A stretch of 63,286 nucleotides of DNA, the filler included, from Craspedostauros australis (Eukaryota): NCBI GenBank assembly GCA_030167865.1. It is 4 parts of 4 records of this genome, joined end to end, with 100 filler letters (N's around TTAATTAATTAA, not from the genome) between each part and the next. Parts side by side here need not be neighbours in the genome. Positions count along the whole stretch, not along the records: positions 1 to 25,120 come from JALAGF010004038.1; 3 more parts are not named here. One strand, written 5' to 3'. The notes beneath the pieces were generated by a model. The model worked only from the letters and a program-made list of their open reading frames with translations, ran no database searches and had not been told where the DNA came from. This document shows, piece by piece, positions 10,722 to 23,949 of the stretch. Every line of letters starts with the position of its first letter. The stretch's first letter is position 1. Made by a program: the position numbers and the translations under genes.

Positions 10722-11755
10722 GGTTGTCTGGTACTGGTGCGTGGCGAAGGGCGCGGAGTGGAATGGAGTGGAGTGGAATGGAACACGGTGGAGCAAATGA
10801 TCTCAACGAGTTTGTGGAAACGATGGAGAGGAGAGGGACATGTGAGTCTGCATGTGTGGTACTTCCCCCCGCTGTGAATGAGAAAGGGAGTGGATCAAAA
10901 GAGAGAAAGAGGTGTCACAGGCAGCCGCTGATGTGGATGTGGATGTGGATGTGGATGTTGGGTTTCCCTCCACTCACGCAAAGAGTATCTTCTTTCATTC
11001 TTTTTCGGCCAAATGTTGGCCATCCTTGTTGTTGATGCCTTTCAGCCGCTTTCGTGAGAATGACCAAAGAAGTGGACAGTTTTAAGTCGTGCGAATGGAT
11101 TTTGCGTGAATTGAAACGCAGAGAGCGTGACGCCGTTTTTGTCACAAGTATCGCGGACAACGCTTGTGTGGGACTTGCTTTTCTGAATGAGAACTCATCA
11201 GTTATGTTCTGTGACAGGATTCACGGAGTCGTGTGGACAAGTTTTTAAGTGAAGTATTTTATAAATTACCGTAGACCCCAATAATTGTTCGTATCAAAAT
11301 GAACTGTTCGTGAGTATTGAGGCGTAACTTCGGATATAGTATAGAAGTATTGCAGAGCAAGACGCAATTTGGAGGAGAGGAGAGAGCAGCGCACGCTCTC
11401 GTGCAGAGTGGTGCTGTGGAGGGGACGCCAGCCGTATAGGACTTGTAATGTCGATATGTGCTGATAGAGCAAAACACGCCACCGTTGTTGCTATCATGAA
11501 ACCGGTACGGACACGTGTTGTTGCGCGACGCTACGACTGTGATAGCCCACTACTTCTCCGTACTCGTATTTTGGTCACAGACGCATGTATCAGTATCATT
11601 GTAAACGTAATGCTTCATACCGGTGGGTTGGATCTACCCAAACTGTTTTGTTCAAGTCCGTGCATTCGAGAGAGTGCGACAGTGTCTCATGAGCTGAATC
11701 TTTGGGCGGCGCCACACCAGTCCTCGTATGCACCACAGGACCGTTGCTGCCGAAA

Positions 11756-12807
11756 CTAACGTTCTTCCTGTGGCTGCCCAGCGATGGAAACCAGATTAAT
11801 GCAATAACGATTGCCCTTGCTGTCTGGCAAGTTGTGTCCCAGGTGTGTTCCATCCAAGCTGACCGTCTCACCGTTGGCCAAGACTCTGACATAGTCCCAG
11901 TTGACTTCGGTGTCGCGAAATGATGGCCTGGATTAATTAATCACGATGGGTGGATGATATTGTGAGATGGTGGTGGATAGTGGGCAGTTGACATGATCGA
12001 ATAGAGTAGAGGATAGCAGAGCAAGGTGGAGTTAAGCAATGTGGTAGGAGCGTCAAGTCCAGGGTGAGATTGTGCAAGAGAGAAAAGCTTGGCAGCCATA
12101 ATGACTCGGTGTGTATGCAGGAGCAGCAACGATGAGCATGCAGCCAGACATGACGCTGGAGTATCAAATGCATGAATAGGCGAACACAGTTGCTTGCGGA
12201 ATATAGAAGCATTCTGGCGCAAAGATCGCGCAGCACCGAAGAGTCGGCTGGGCTCACTTCGTTTCAGTGCAGGGCAATTGCGCTGGATCGATCAACCTCG
12301 ATGGTGCACCGGTTCGAGGTCGCCCCCCAAAGAGACCACTCAATGGCAAACCATCGACATTTCCCATGTTCGTCATGTGCACAGCCACCAGCACGACATG
12401 CAATGCAATGCAAACGTCGCGACATACCATCCATGAGACAAGGACTCCCCGATCCAATCATCCCACGACCGGTCCTCGGGAGCGTAGAAGACCTCCTCGC
12501 CCGTGTTGGAATCGTAAAACGTGACCTTGCTTTCCTTGTCGAGTTTGGTGAGGAAAGTGGTGCCTGTCCAGTATCCCGCGTGCTCTGCGTAGTGGCGGTT
12601 GAAGTTGCAGATCTGGTCGGCAAGATCCGAGTCGCATCCCCATCGCAGGTCGGATTGCACGGGGACGTGAGATGTTCCATGTTCCTTTGGCTTCATGATG
12701 GATTCGTCACCAGGAACGCACGGAGGCAGGCATTGCGCATGCACAGCGCCGAGGTTGGAAACGACAGCGAGGATCAGAACGATCGAAGCTCCGATAATGT
12801 ACATCAT
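11756..12807 (-). CDS. msrB: MsrB-like (peptide methionine-R-sulfoxide reductase fold) protein with signal peptide (183 aa, 2 exons)
   Basis: Exons 12807-12428 and 11927-11756. Exon 2 is absent from the ORF track and reads PSFRDTEVNWDYVRVLANGETVSLDGTHLGHNLPDSKGNRYCINLVSIAGQPQEER*. Splicing rebuilds HGWPSF; HLGH and RYCIN catalytic motifs are present. N-terminus MMYIIGASIVLILAVVSNLGAVHA. Confidence 0.85.
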
Positions 12808-13738
12808 CTTGCTGGAAGTATTTGCTGCTGCTGCGTGTGTTGGAGATGCCGCTGATGCTTTCAGTTCGGCCGTCAATGGATCGTCGGAAGGCGGAAGCAG
12901 ATGATGCCTTTTGGACATTCAATGGTGCTCGTTGTGCGGCGTGCGAATAGACGGAGCAGAGTAGAGTGGTTGTCTTGGCCCTCTTTCGAGACGGCGCAAG
13001 TATCCGTGGAGTATTGGATAGGTATTTGTTTTATACGAGCTGCGGTCGTCACTTCCTCGTTTGGCGTGCAATTGCTCTATTCTGTGGGTGCTCTGCAGCG
13101 AATCCGAGCACCCATGCTTCGTGGAGCATGATGGGTTGCATGTTCATTGTTGATGCTATGTGCCTCACGCAACGTTGCCTCTCGTCGTGCTGACTCTGAG
13201 TCGTTGTTGTTGGCGAATGGACGCGTCCACGTCGCGATTTGGCACGATACGGACTGCCTGAGTTGTGGCCAACGAACAATCACGATGTTCTTTTGTCGCG
13301 TTGTCGAAAAGTGAGACGATCGAATCAATCGATCTTCACATGCTAACGAGCGAATCGTTCGACCACAATTGCCTCCGAACGATGCTTGACTCATTCGACT
13401 ATTCTATTTTCATGGAAGGTGTTGGATTGAGACCGAAGGCGGAAGATTTTTGACGCGAGGATCCGCGAAGAGGTCACACCATGACGCCAAGAGCAACAAG
13501 AAGAGCCCAAGGCCGCGACAGCAACAACATCAATCCCCACAAGGTGAACCAGAGCAAAGCAAAGCAAGGAAAGGAAAGGAAAGGTCAGCAACCAACTCTT
13601 CTGCGTTCGTATCATTGCCATTGCGGAGTCAAAGGAAAGGACATTCTCCCAACAAGCAACAGAGTACAAGCGATACTCCGCAAGCCAGAATACCAACACA
13701 ACCACGAGCGTGACACGAAGCAACATCCGACAGCCACA

Positions 13739-15494
13739 ATGAGCAGCGACGAGCCAACGGCGTCGGCAGGTGCGGACTCCAACGCCAACGATAACGCCGA
13801 TGCGAATGACAACAACAACGACGACAAGGACAACGACAAGGACAGCAACGAAGAGCCTCCGAAGGAAAGCAATGATGGAAACGGCGGGGACGACAACGAG
13901 GAGAGCAAGGACAGCAGCGAAGATGGAGGCGACGGTGCCGATGAGGCCCCTGCACCGGCCGCAGCTGCGGCACAAGCGCCTGCGCCACCACCGCGAAGAG
14001 AGCCGTCGGAGCGCGAGCAGGCGCTGGATCAGTACAGAGCCAAGATCCGCGAGCACCGAGAGGTCGAGGCGCGGCTCAAGCGCATGAGAGAGGACGTCAA
14101 GGGCCTCGTGGGGCGATATCAGAAGACCGAGGACGATCTGACCGCCCTGCAATCCGTGGGACAGATCATCGGAGACGTCCTCAAGCGACTTGACAATGAG
14201 CGGTTTATCGTCAAGGCCTCGTCGGGTCCCAGATACGTGGTGGGCTCCCGCTCGAGGTTGGATCATGACAAGCTCAAGCCGGGAACCCGCGTGGCGCTCG
14301 ATATGACCACGCTCACCATCATGCGCGTGCTGCCGCGTGAAGTCGACCCAACCGTGTTCCACATGCAGGCCTCCGAGGAAGATGGAGGCGTGTCGTTCGC
14401 TGACATCGGTGGTCTCAACGAGCAGATCCGCGAGCTTAGGGAGGTCATCGAGTTGCCGCTCACCAATCCCGAGCTCTTCATTCGCGTTGGAATCAAGGTG
14501 CGTCACACACAAGGCAACACGTTGATCGATTGCTTCCTCTCTTGTGTTGGTTTGCCTTGTCTTGTCTAATCTCATGATCGATTTTGCGGTGTGTCTTGCC
14601 ATTGGATGAGATGTGATGGATGCGCCTGCTCTTGCAAGATGTGGCGTTGCCATGGCAGGACCTGCTTCAAGCGTGCTGCGACTGCCAATTGCTCCACATG
14701 GCCGTGTCTCACTTTCTCCCTATCTCGAATCATGACCCAACATTACACACGTACTCGATGATTGTGGTACCCCTCGACAACGCGCATACGTCCTTCGTCT
14801 TTGCTGATTGGCAATGCAGGCTCCAAAGGGAGTGCTGCTTTACGGGCCACCAGGAACTGGCAAGACGCTGCTGGCACGAGCTCTTGCGTCCAACATCAGC
14901 GCCACGTTCCTGAAGGTGGTCGCGTCCGCCATCGTCGACAAGTACATCGGAGAGTCCGCGCGCATCATCCGTGAGATGTTTGGCTTTGCACGCGATCACG
15001 AGCCCTGCGTCATCTTCATGGATGAGATCGATGCCATCGGTGGATCCCGTTTCAGCGAAGGTACCTCGGCGGATCGTGAAATCCAACGTACCCTGATGGA
15101 GCTCCTGAACCAGATGGATGGTTTCGAGGCGCAAGGGCAGGTCAAGATGGTCATGGCCACAAATCGTCCTGACATCCTCGACCCCGCCTTGCTCCGACCA
15201 GGTCGCTTGGACCGTAAGATTGAAATCCCGGAACCAAATGAGACGCAACGATTGGAGATCTTGAAGATCCACGCCTCTGGCATCACCAAACGCGGAGACA
15301 TCGATTTCGAGTCGGTCGTGAAGCTGGCGGACGGTCTCAATGGTGCCGATATGAGAAACGTGTGCACAGAGGCCGGGCTGTTTGCCATTCGGTCTGACCG
15401 GGATTATGTGCTGGAGGAGGACTTCATGAAGGCGGCCAGAAAGATTCTGGACAACAAGAAGCTGGAATCCAAACTCGATTACAGCAAGGTGTAA
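13739..15494 (+). CDS. RPT4: 26S proteasome AAA-ATPase subunit RPT4 (PSMC6), 477 aa, 2 exons
   Basis: Exons 13739-14497 and 14820-15494 (GIK|APKG). Motifs [25 protein letters not shown], Walker A GPPGTGKT, Walker [21 protein letters not shown] and C-terminal [12 protein letters not shown]. Confidence 0.97.
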
Positions 15495-16197
15495 TGCTTG
15501 TGCAACTCCTCGCGAGCATAAGGCTCATGGACTCGAGATCGTCCAGCATGATGCTCAATTCTATCATATAATACGACATGAGTATTGGAAGAATACTCCC
15601 AGAGTACTCACGTACTCCGAGTATCCTGTTCGCAAGTCAGGACCATACCTCGTCAGGTCCAACACCAATACGACTAGGCCCCCCATGCATTGAAGCCCTT
15701 TCCTGCTTGCATGATGGCGACATGCACGTTTCTTGATTTAACATTGAGCTTGCTTCGTGTCGAGTAGTGTTGCTGGAGTATGTATGAAAGGATGCCTATT
15801 GGATAGCTGTGCCCACCCACAGCACGAGTGTGGCGCCATGCATACGATTACTATCGTACTCGTAAGATTGCTCTTGGTCTTGCATGAAACCTCTCCGTCT
15901 GGTGATCTCTGCTAACGCTATTCTCTGCTCCAGACACGCGGATCTCACAACCAACCAATTCCCTGCGGTGGCGGAAAGACGAACCAAGAAGGGATGAGAT
16001 CGGAATCAGAACAGACCTCTCTCCCTCTCACCACAACCCAACCCAACAACCTGGAAAGGCAGGACACACATGTCGCACAAGCACAAATAAGCGTGCTCGA
16101 TGTCGTATTGAGTGCCATACGACATATAATATAATACACCACACATCAAATACCAAATACCAAACAAATACTGACTATCCGCGATTGTTGAGACGAC

Positions 16198-17421
16198 ATG
16201 ACGAATATGGATGCAATGGGCAGCGCTGCCGTAGCCACAATGCAACACGCAGAAGTCAGCAACGCGGCGCCTGTGCTCAAACCATCATCGCCTGCTGGCA
16301 ACCGCAACGACGAGAGCAGCAGACCAACGGGACGTGGACGATTTGCCGGAAAGAAACGACAGCGTAACCCACGCAACAGCAACAGAAACAACAGCAACAA
16401 CAACCGTCGCGTGCGACGCGATCCTCAGGTCAGATGCTGCATCTGCGAAACCACGGAGTCCGTCAAGTACAAATGTCCCAAATGCAAGGCACCGTACTGC
16501 TCCGTGGCATGTTGCCGCAAGCACAAGGGATCGCCGGCATGCGCAGAAAAAGCAGCAGCAGCAACAGAGGCATGCAAGTCGACATTGCCCAAAAGCGCGT
16601 ACTTACCGCCCGATCTGTTGACGGATGATCCTACCGCAAATTCCGAAAAGCGCCGGCAGCAACGCGATGGCAACGGCGACCATAGGAACAATGACAACGA
16701 CGATGACGACGACGATGATGACAATGATTCCCTGGATGAGGGTTGGAAGATCACGGATGAAATGATGAAGGCGCTGGATACATCCCCTTGGTTGCAAGAT
16801 GAACTGATGGATGGTGGGTTGCGTCAGATCATCTTTCACATCATCCAGCAGTCCGATCGTGTGGAACGGCATGGCAGAACGCAACAGGAGGAACAGCTGG
16901 AGCTGGCCAAGGCGGAGTATCCCAGGTTCGGCATGTTCGTGGATAAGCTGCTGGTCCTGGCGGGTGTGCTGGAACGCCACGACAGTGCAGATTTTACGGC
17001 TTCCACCTTGATGTCTGCAGTCGGTGCTGGTGCTACGAACGGCGATGGCGTTGCTGCGAATGCGACCGAGGAATTGGAAGGCTGGCTGAAGCAGAACCAC
17101 GAGCGCGAGGATCTGCAGCAGATGCTGCGGCTGCGTCAGATACGACCCAAGGTGACAGGGGCTGCATTCATGAAGCCCATCGTGGATAGCGATGGTGATG
17201 AAAGCAACACCGATGATGACGACGATGGTGACGGCGACGACGCGAGTGGGTCTCAATCGTCGTCATCCACGTCGGAAGCAGCTGACAAGGTGGACGAGGA
17301 TCTTACCGATGTGGCTACCAAACCAGACGGTGAAGAAGCAGCTGATAGCAATGGTAGCAGGCAACAAACAAAGGAAGTGGCAGAAGTGGGAGCTGCTGTC
17401 CTCAACGAGGAGGGAGAATGA
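16198..17421 (+). CDS. Zinc finger HIT domain protein (ZNHIT3/Hit1-like), 407 aa
   Basis: CCICETTESVKYKCPKCKAPYCSVACCRKHK fits the zf-HIT pattern. It is followed by a helical LQDELMDGGLRQIIFHI...FGMFVDKLL segment like the Hit1/ZNHIT3 C-terminus, with acidic low-complexity tracts. Confidence 0.8.
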   Translation: MTNMDAMGSAAVATMQHAEVSNAAPVLKPSSPAGNRNDESSRPTGRGRFAGKKRQRNPRNSNRNNSNNNRRVRRDPQVRCCICETTESVKYKCPKCKAPYCSVACCRKHKGSPACAEKAAAATEACKSTLPKSAYLPPDLLTDDPTANSEKRRQQRDGNGDHRNNDNDDDDDDDDNDSLDEGWKITDEMMKALDTSPWLQDELMDGGLRQIIFHIIQQSDRVERHGRTQQEEQLELAKAEYPRFGMFVDKLLVLAGVLERHDSADFTASTLMSAVGAGATNGDGVAANATEELEGWLKQNHEREDLQQMLRLRQIRPKVTGAAFMKPIVDSDGDESNTDDDDDGDGDDASGSQSSSSTSEAADKVDEDLTDVATKPDGEEAADSNGSRQQTKEVAEVGAAVLNEEGE

Positions 17422-17921
17422 AATGATGGATACCCGCATACCTCGCCATAGAAAGTATCATGGTCCTCTGCTTTGGGCTCGCACCATATTATTATTCTAT
17501 CATACCTTTCGCTCTCTCCTTTGAGAGAGAGCAAGAAGATTGTTTAATTCTCGTTTGCATTCATGCTCACCCCCATACCTATTGGTGAATACGCGGCAGA
17601 TGACACAGAACATGCGAAGATTGCAATCACCTTTCCCCTGTTCAGATGGGAGAGATCCTGATCCTCTCTTGAGATTTCTTTTCGATACTCGTGCTCATGA
17701 AACACTTCCCTTCTGTCCCATTGCAACAAGAACACATTCTCATGATTGCACATTGAAACGATGTCCTCGACTCTGTTCTGTTCTCATCTATTATATCAGA
17801 CTGTATTCTATTGACGCGTATAACATTATCAAGTGTGCTTGGTATTTGTATTGTTCCTCCACCAGATGATGGCGATCGTAGACTGCATCATACAAGAACA
17901 TGCTTCAATTGATTGTCGCCA

Positions 17922-19295
17922 TCAGGTTGTTGACAATGAGAGAAGACGCAGAATCTCCTTTTGGATCTTCGTGGCGCAAGACGGTTGACTTTGTGCCCAT
18001 TGCCGCAGGACGCTGACTGCCTCGTCGTAGTTTCCCAGTCTCTCCTCCACATCCGCCCACGCTCGGAATGCCAATCGGCGGGCTTGGGCGGTGGCTGACG
18101 GGATGGCCAGACAGCGGGCGCAATCTTCGATTGTATCGCTGGGGTCGCCGCCGGATTCCACCAGGTACGCTGCCCGCATGGCGAAAGCCAGCGCGATGGC
18201 GGCTGAGTTTTGCAAGTCCTCCTCCTGGAGTTTGGAGATGACCGAGCACAGAAGCTTCTCTTGTTGATTGATCGGAGCTGCGTGGTGCGGAAGTGCAAGT
18301 TTCGATCGCCCGTGCCAACGGAGGGATTGGTTGTGTGCATGTTGATATGCAACGGGTGAGATGGCGCTCGTTGCACAAATCGAAGCAGCAAGGCAGACCA
18401 AGTTGAGAGAGACGAGGTGAGCTTTTTTGTGAATGTTGACGGATTAACGTGACATCATGCTCGCACAGCAGGAGTCTCATGGAGAATCCTCATCCGCCTG
18501 GGCGCTTTGCTCCAGCTGCGCTCCTTGGAGCAGCCACCATCTACCCTTCCTTCAAGACTGCGAAGAATGGCAATGTAGTGCGTGGCAATGGAATGTAGTA
18601 GATCCAGTCGGAACAACACTTCCTTCATCGAAATGTCCGTGCGTTCCTTCCCTTAACGTCATTGTGGGCTGCAAATAGCACCGTGTTTGGTATGGGGTAT
18701 GTATAAAACCAACATGGCGACTCTATGAAATGCAGCCGTTGAAAAGCCAGCAATCAAACAACAAAACAACACATCCCAACGGAGAGTGAGGTGCACCCAT
18801 CTCTCATTCCCTCCAAGCACTGGCAGCAGAATTGAACGTACCTAGCTTCGCCTTGTTGAGCACCAAGCAGGCGGCTCGCAGGACCGGAGGGACGCTGTCG
18901 TTGGTCTCCGAATCCAATCGGGCCACCACCTGATGCCAATCCTTCACGTGGCTGACGACCTCACGTTTCGCATTCCACTCGATCTCGATGTTCGGGCCAG
19001 CATCGCAGTGACACAGACACGAGGACGGTTCAATCACCACATCCTTGGCCGAGCCTGTTGCAACATCCGCGTGTTGTCCGTCAACCAGCAGGATCTGAAG
19101 ATTCTCGACGAGATCCAGCGGATTCTCATACTGCTTGCAGCATGCTTTGTTCTGGCACACTCTTACCCTCAGGCCCGGGTTGGAGTAGCCATAGCAGGGC
19201 TGCGTACCGAGGAGTATTGGTAGGACGGCCGTGACAACAAGGGTGATGGCCAAGTTGTGGCATCGGGCGGCTGCGAAGGGGAGAAGTGGATTCAT
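17922..19295 (-). CDS. Thioredoxin-like [2Fe-2S] ferredoxin-domain protein with C-terminal TPR-like helices and N-terminal signal peptide (~269 aa, 2 exons)
   Basis: Exons 19295-18842 and 18277-17922 (GTACGT...CGCAG; KAKL-A-PINQQEK in frame). VCQNKACC and CLCHCDAGPNI match Trx-like ferredoxin Cys motifs. RAWADVEERLGNYDEAVSVL is TPR-like. Confidence 0.7.
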
Positions 19296-20270
19296 GGCGA
19301 GGTCGGAGGAGCTGAGGAGGAGTGTGAAAAACGACCCTGAGAACACGAGTATCTGTTTGTGTTTGTGATCTCTGGATTTGGTTGGCCCAGCGACGGCGTC
19401 CTCCTGTGGGTTGGTGGCGTGGTTGGTCGGTGACATGGCTGGTTGGTTGGTTGGTTGGTTGGTTGTCTGTGTGGTCTGTCTCGGTCTCTCTCCTTTTCTC
19501 TCTTCTGTGACCAATCAATCAGCGCACAAAAGATCTTCTGTGTTGTGGAGAGTTCGCTTTCTCTTTCGATGGGAAAGGTACTTGGTAAGACTCAAATGGA
19601 CACCAACTCTCAATGTCGATCGACTACTTCGAACCATGGCTCACAACACCTGATTCTCAACGGATCGAAAACAAGGATGTGGTGTTGGCACGTGCGACAT
19701 GTAAGCACATGTAATATAACCGTCGCATCGACCGCACACTTAGCGGTTAGCGATGGAGGGATGCGAAGACAATGCAACGCCTGCGTTCCTTGGTTTGCGA
19801 TCGTGATGAGGACTCATTAATTGATGCTTCAGCGAGAATTTGCACCTTCCAACAGCGCGCAAGTTGGGCTTTTGCTGTTCTCCATTTGTCTTTGGCGGTT
19901 GGTGTGATCTTACGAAAGTTCGTGTGGGGTTGCTTGATCATCATCGTCACCACCGACAGCGACTCCTGCGAACACCGCAACAGCCTCAACGTGGACCATA
20001 CCAGAAGACGGAAGAGGAGTCGAACGTGCATCCATCATCACCATCATCTTCTTCGTCATCTTCATCTCCGTCAACAACATCAGGATCAGCAACAACAACA
20101 TCATCAATATCATTTTGTTGTTTTCCTGTGTTCCCGTGTCTTTGCGTTCGTCGTTTGTTTCCACCAACCATCAGAGACATTGAACGCTTCGCACATCACG
20201 CATCACGTATCACGAACCACGCAGCACAAGACAAGAACTACGCAATCGAATAGAGTACTCTATCGCAACG

Positions 20271-23243
20271 ATGGACTTCTTCGGTGCCAAGAAGGATGGC
20301 GCAAAACAGAAGACCCCAGAACAGTTGGCGTCTGAACAGCGCGAGTCGGAGCGCAAGGAGAGGTTGCGACAGCAGCAGGTGGAGGCCACGAAAGCGTACA
20401 CCCGTCCAACCAGACTGGGACGTTCCTTGAATCGCACACCCAGCAACCTCAGCGTTGCCAGCAGCGGAGCGTCAGTGTGCAGAAGCGTCTCTCCTGTTCG
20501 ACGCGGCCGATCGCCCAGTGCGAAGGTCGATGCTGCCGACAAGGCAATGGTCGATCTCTCCACCACCACCTCCATCACGATGAAGAAGCCGAAGAAGAAT
20601 ACCAACTCGTCCGGATTCCTCGGAAATGTGGCTGGTGACATCCTGCGTTCGTTCTCCAATCCCCTGCAGCAGGACGAGGCTCCCAACAACCTCAGCGTCT
20701 TCACTGGCAACCTGAATGGCGTCGCATCAATGTCGCAGGAGTCGTCGACATCCGCAATCCCAACCTCGCCCATGAAAACGACTTTCAACACGTCGGAAGT
20801 GAACGATGCGCTCAATCTGGGAGACGCGGTGCTGGCGAAGGCGCAAGGACTCTTCGGAGTCGCCGCGGCGCCGGCACCTGGTCTTGCCACAGATAGCAAC
20901 GACCGCACGATCGAGAATGTGCACTCGGACCTGACCGACAACACAGGGGGGCCTCCCATCACCGTACCCACTTCCGCAACAGCAGCAACTCCGGCGACTT
21001 CACCAGCATCGAAGACTTTGGGGACCCCCTCCTTTGCACCCTCCCTTGCAGGCTCGCGTCGCAAGGCATCCACCGCCTCGAAGGGCGGGTTGGATCTGAA
21101 GAACAATGACAATGGATTTCATGTCATCGCGACCATGATCACCAAACGGTACGCCGATAAGATCGAAGATGGCGTCGAGAAGTACTACGTGATCACCACC
21201 GAAGACCGACAGATCCTGGACCGCACCATCTCGCCAAAGGTCAAAGCCAACTTTGTGGAAGCTGTGCAATACCGCATCCTCAACAGCCCCAAAGATTCTC
21301 AGAAGACGATCCATTCTTTGGTGCGCAAGTGCCAGGCGCTTGGGTTGCACCGAGAGGCCGATGAAAACTTGCTGTTTGCGCCGACCTTCTCCACCGTTAT
21401 GTTCAACGTAAGTTCAGTTGTTCTACTGCACTGTATGGCGACACAGTGCACTGCCTGGTCACTATGGATGAAATTGTGGACGCATGCATATTTGCGGAGT
21501 GCTTCCGTTCCAACCGTTGACACGCACGCGATTTTGAATCACCGAGTTGCTGCAACTGCCCACATCTTCAGAATTCACCACTCACCCCCAACGCATCACA
21601 TCACATCGCTCTGCCGACACCACTATACCTCTGTTTACTGTTGATCCCTTGACTCCGAACGATCGCCTTACCATGCGCTATTCATTCTGCACCACCCTCC
21701 TCTCCGCATTACTCATTCTGCCTTTCACTTTACTTGATCACAGCACCCCGACCCTGAGCCCGAACCTGAGCCCGAGGTTATCCCGGCAATCATCACTGGT
21801 CTGTCTGTGGGAGGCGGCGACGCATCCGTGAAGTCAGGTCAAGCCACTTTGGGCGGCGTGTCGGCTGCAACGGCAAGCAAGAGTCAGACTGGATCCGCCA
21901 CAGGAGGAGCAGCAGCAGCAGAAGACGATACTCCAACACCGACGCCTGCGCTGGAAGAAGTCAGCGCAGAAGAGCTGGAGCGCAGACAGCTGCTCGCGGA
22001 GTTGAGTGAGGCGTCCAACTTGATGTCAGAGTCCGTGACACCAGAGGCAGCAGAATTCTGGCGTGCACACGTTACCGACTTACAATCTCGCCTCCGCGAA
22101 ATCAACGGCGAGGGAGCCAACAGCAACACAGAGCTTTCTCCCGATACTTTGGCATCACCAACGTTGCCAGCACAAGAACAAACGACCCAGCATCCACCAA
22201 ACGCCGCACAGCAACAACAAGCGCAAGCAGTCCAGCAGGCGCAGGTGCAAACGCAACTGAAGCAGACTGAGCAGGAACAATCGCAACAGGCAAAGGCAGC
22301 AGCAACACCAGCGGCTACGCCTGCCACCGCAAGAACCTTCACAGCAACGGCCGTCGCGGCAGCCGCTGCCTCATTCAACAGCGCGATCAACCAGGCTGCA
22401 ACGGGAACACCATCCACACCCGTCACGACCACCGACCAACCAAACCAACAGCGCAGTACCACGCTCCCTGGTGTGGACCCAACGTTGGCCGACGCTCCCA
22501 TCATGGATGTCATTGCACCAGCTGATCTGCCAGGTGGCAGCACCTTTGAGGTCGAAATTGAAGGCCGTGGATTCTTGGCCACAGTCCCAGCGGGAGGAGT
22601 ACGTGCAGGCGAAACCTTCTGCTGCTACATGAGAGAATTATCTGCGGAAGGACCCCAGATTCCAGTCGGAGCATGGCGAGATTCTTTCTTCAGCTGCTTC
22701 GCGCACGGTATTTTCCATCCATCATTGCTGAATGCAGTCTTCTGCCCGCTGGTGATGCTGAGCCAGGTGATGACGAGGCTGGGATTGGATTTCATGGGAC
22801 GCGAGGTGGCGGCCGGTGAGCTGCCAACCTCGACATCCAGCATGATGACGGGGATCGTTGTCTTTTGGTGCACGATGAACATTGGCATCTTCGCAGCGTA
22901 CAATTACAAGTGGAGCTCCAACATGGAGCTGTCCTACGCTGACGTCGCCGCTGCCATCCTTCTGAACGTGATCGGATTTGTCTATACCTTGGTCGCGACA
23001 ACAGCAACCAGGAGAAGCATCCGCCAGAAGTTTCTTATTGAAGACGAAGAGAATTGCGAGGCTCCACGAGACATGGTGGCCGCCGCATTCTGTCTTCCAT
23101 GTACCGTGTCGCAGATGGCACGCCACACCGCCGTGTACTCGAAATACGAAGGCGTGTGTTGCAACGACACCGGCATTCCAGATTACGTGGGCTCCGACTT
23201 GGCAGATGTGAACAAACCCAAGCAAGGGGCGTACATGGTGTAG
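20271..23243 (+). CDS. PLAC8 (Cys-rich membrane) family protein with long disordered N-terminal extension (~878 aa, 2 exons)
   Basis: Exons 20271-21407 and 21744-23243 (MFN|HPDPEPEP in frame). PLAC8 motifs WRDSFFSCF, FCPLV...QVMTRL, two TM helices and AAFCLPCTVSQMARH. Confidence 0.8.
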
Positions 23244-23949
23244 GCTCAACAAAGGAGAACACAACAGAGGAATAGAGAAAACCGAAACAGGAAGCTGAAG
23301 CCAACCAAGAGCAGAACAGTGCACAGAAGGTGGAGCTGAAGCTGAAGAGAATCGACACCAAGCATAAAAGTCCTCTGCCCCGAAATGAACGAATAGATGA
23401 AAGAGAGAGAGAGAGTGAGAGACGGGCGTCAAAGAATGAATGAAGCGGTTGGCGAAAGTCTCGCTTTTCTCTCTTGAGAATGAAGGATTCATGTGAAAAG
23501 AAGCGAGCAAAGCAGGTCGAGAGATGTCGTAGAGTAATACTGGTATGAGTGCGTATACAGGAGTAGTGATGATATTGACAAGACAACAACGCACAACTCT
23601 TCAGCACTTCGATTCCGCAAGAGTAGTCAGTTTCTGCTTTCTTCGAACGTGGACTATGTTGTGTTTGTGTGATTAAATGGGATTCAATGTTGGTTGGGGC
23701 TTCGAGAGTGGCAGAGTGCTCGGAATGTGTGAAACATGTATTTCGCTCAAGAGAGAGAGAGAGTGGCGCTGCTCCTTCTTCCTAATGGAACGCATGAGTC
23801 TTCCACTCAAGCATTGGAGCCAAGCATTCCAATCATACTCGTACGCACTCGTCACTGTCCTCCTTGTCATTACCATGCCCATGTTTGTGTGGTACTCCAT
23901 GCAATGGCCACATGCCATGAATGACATCATCGAAAAGGGCGAAATCTCT

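Noticed and set aside
10930..10957. (ATGTGG)n hexamer and nearby GGA(G/A)T pentamer repeats
   Set aside because: Ordinary simple repeats without spacers; no CRISPR array, tRNA or rRNA was recognised anywhere in the window.
11931..11942. Palindrome GATTAATTAATC resembling the linker
   Set aside because: Not flanked by Ns and lies in the MsrB intron next to the acceptor; a single short palindrome can arise by chance.
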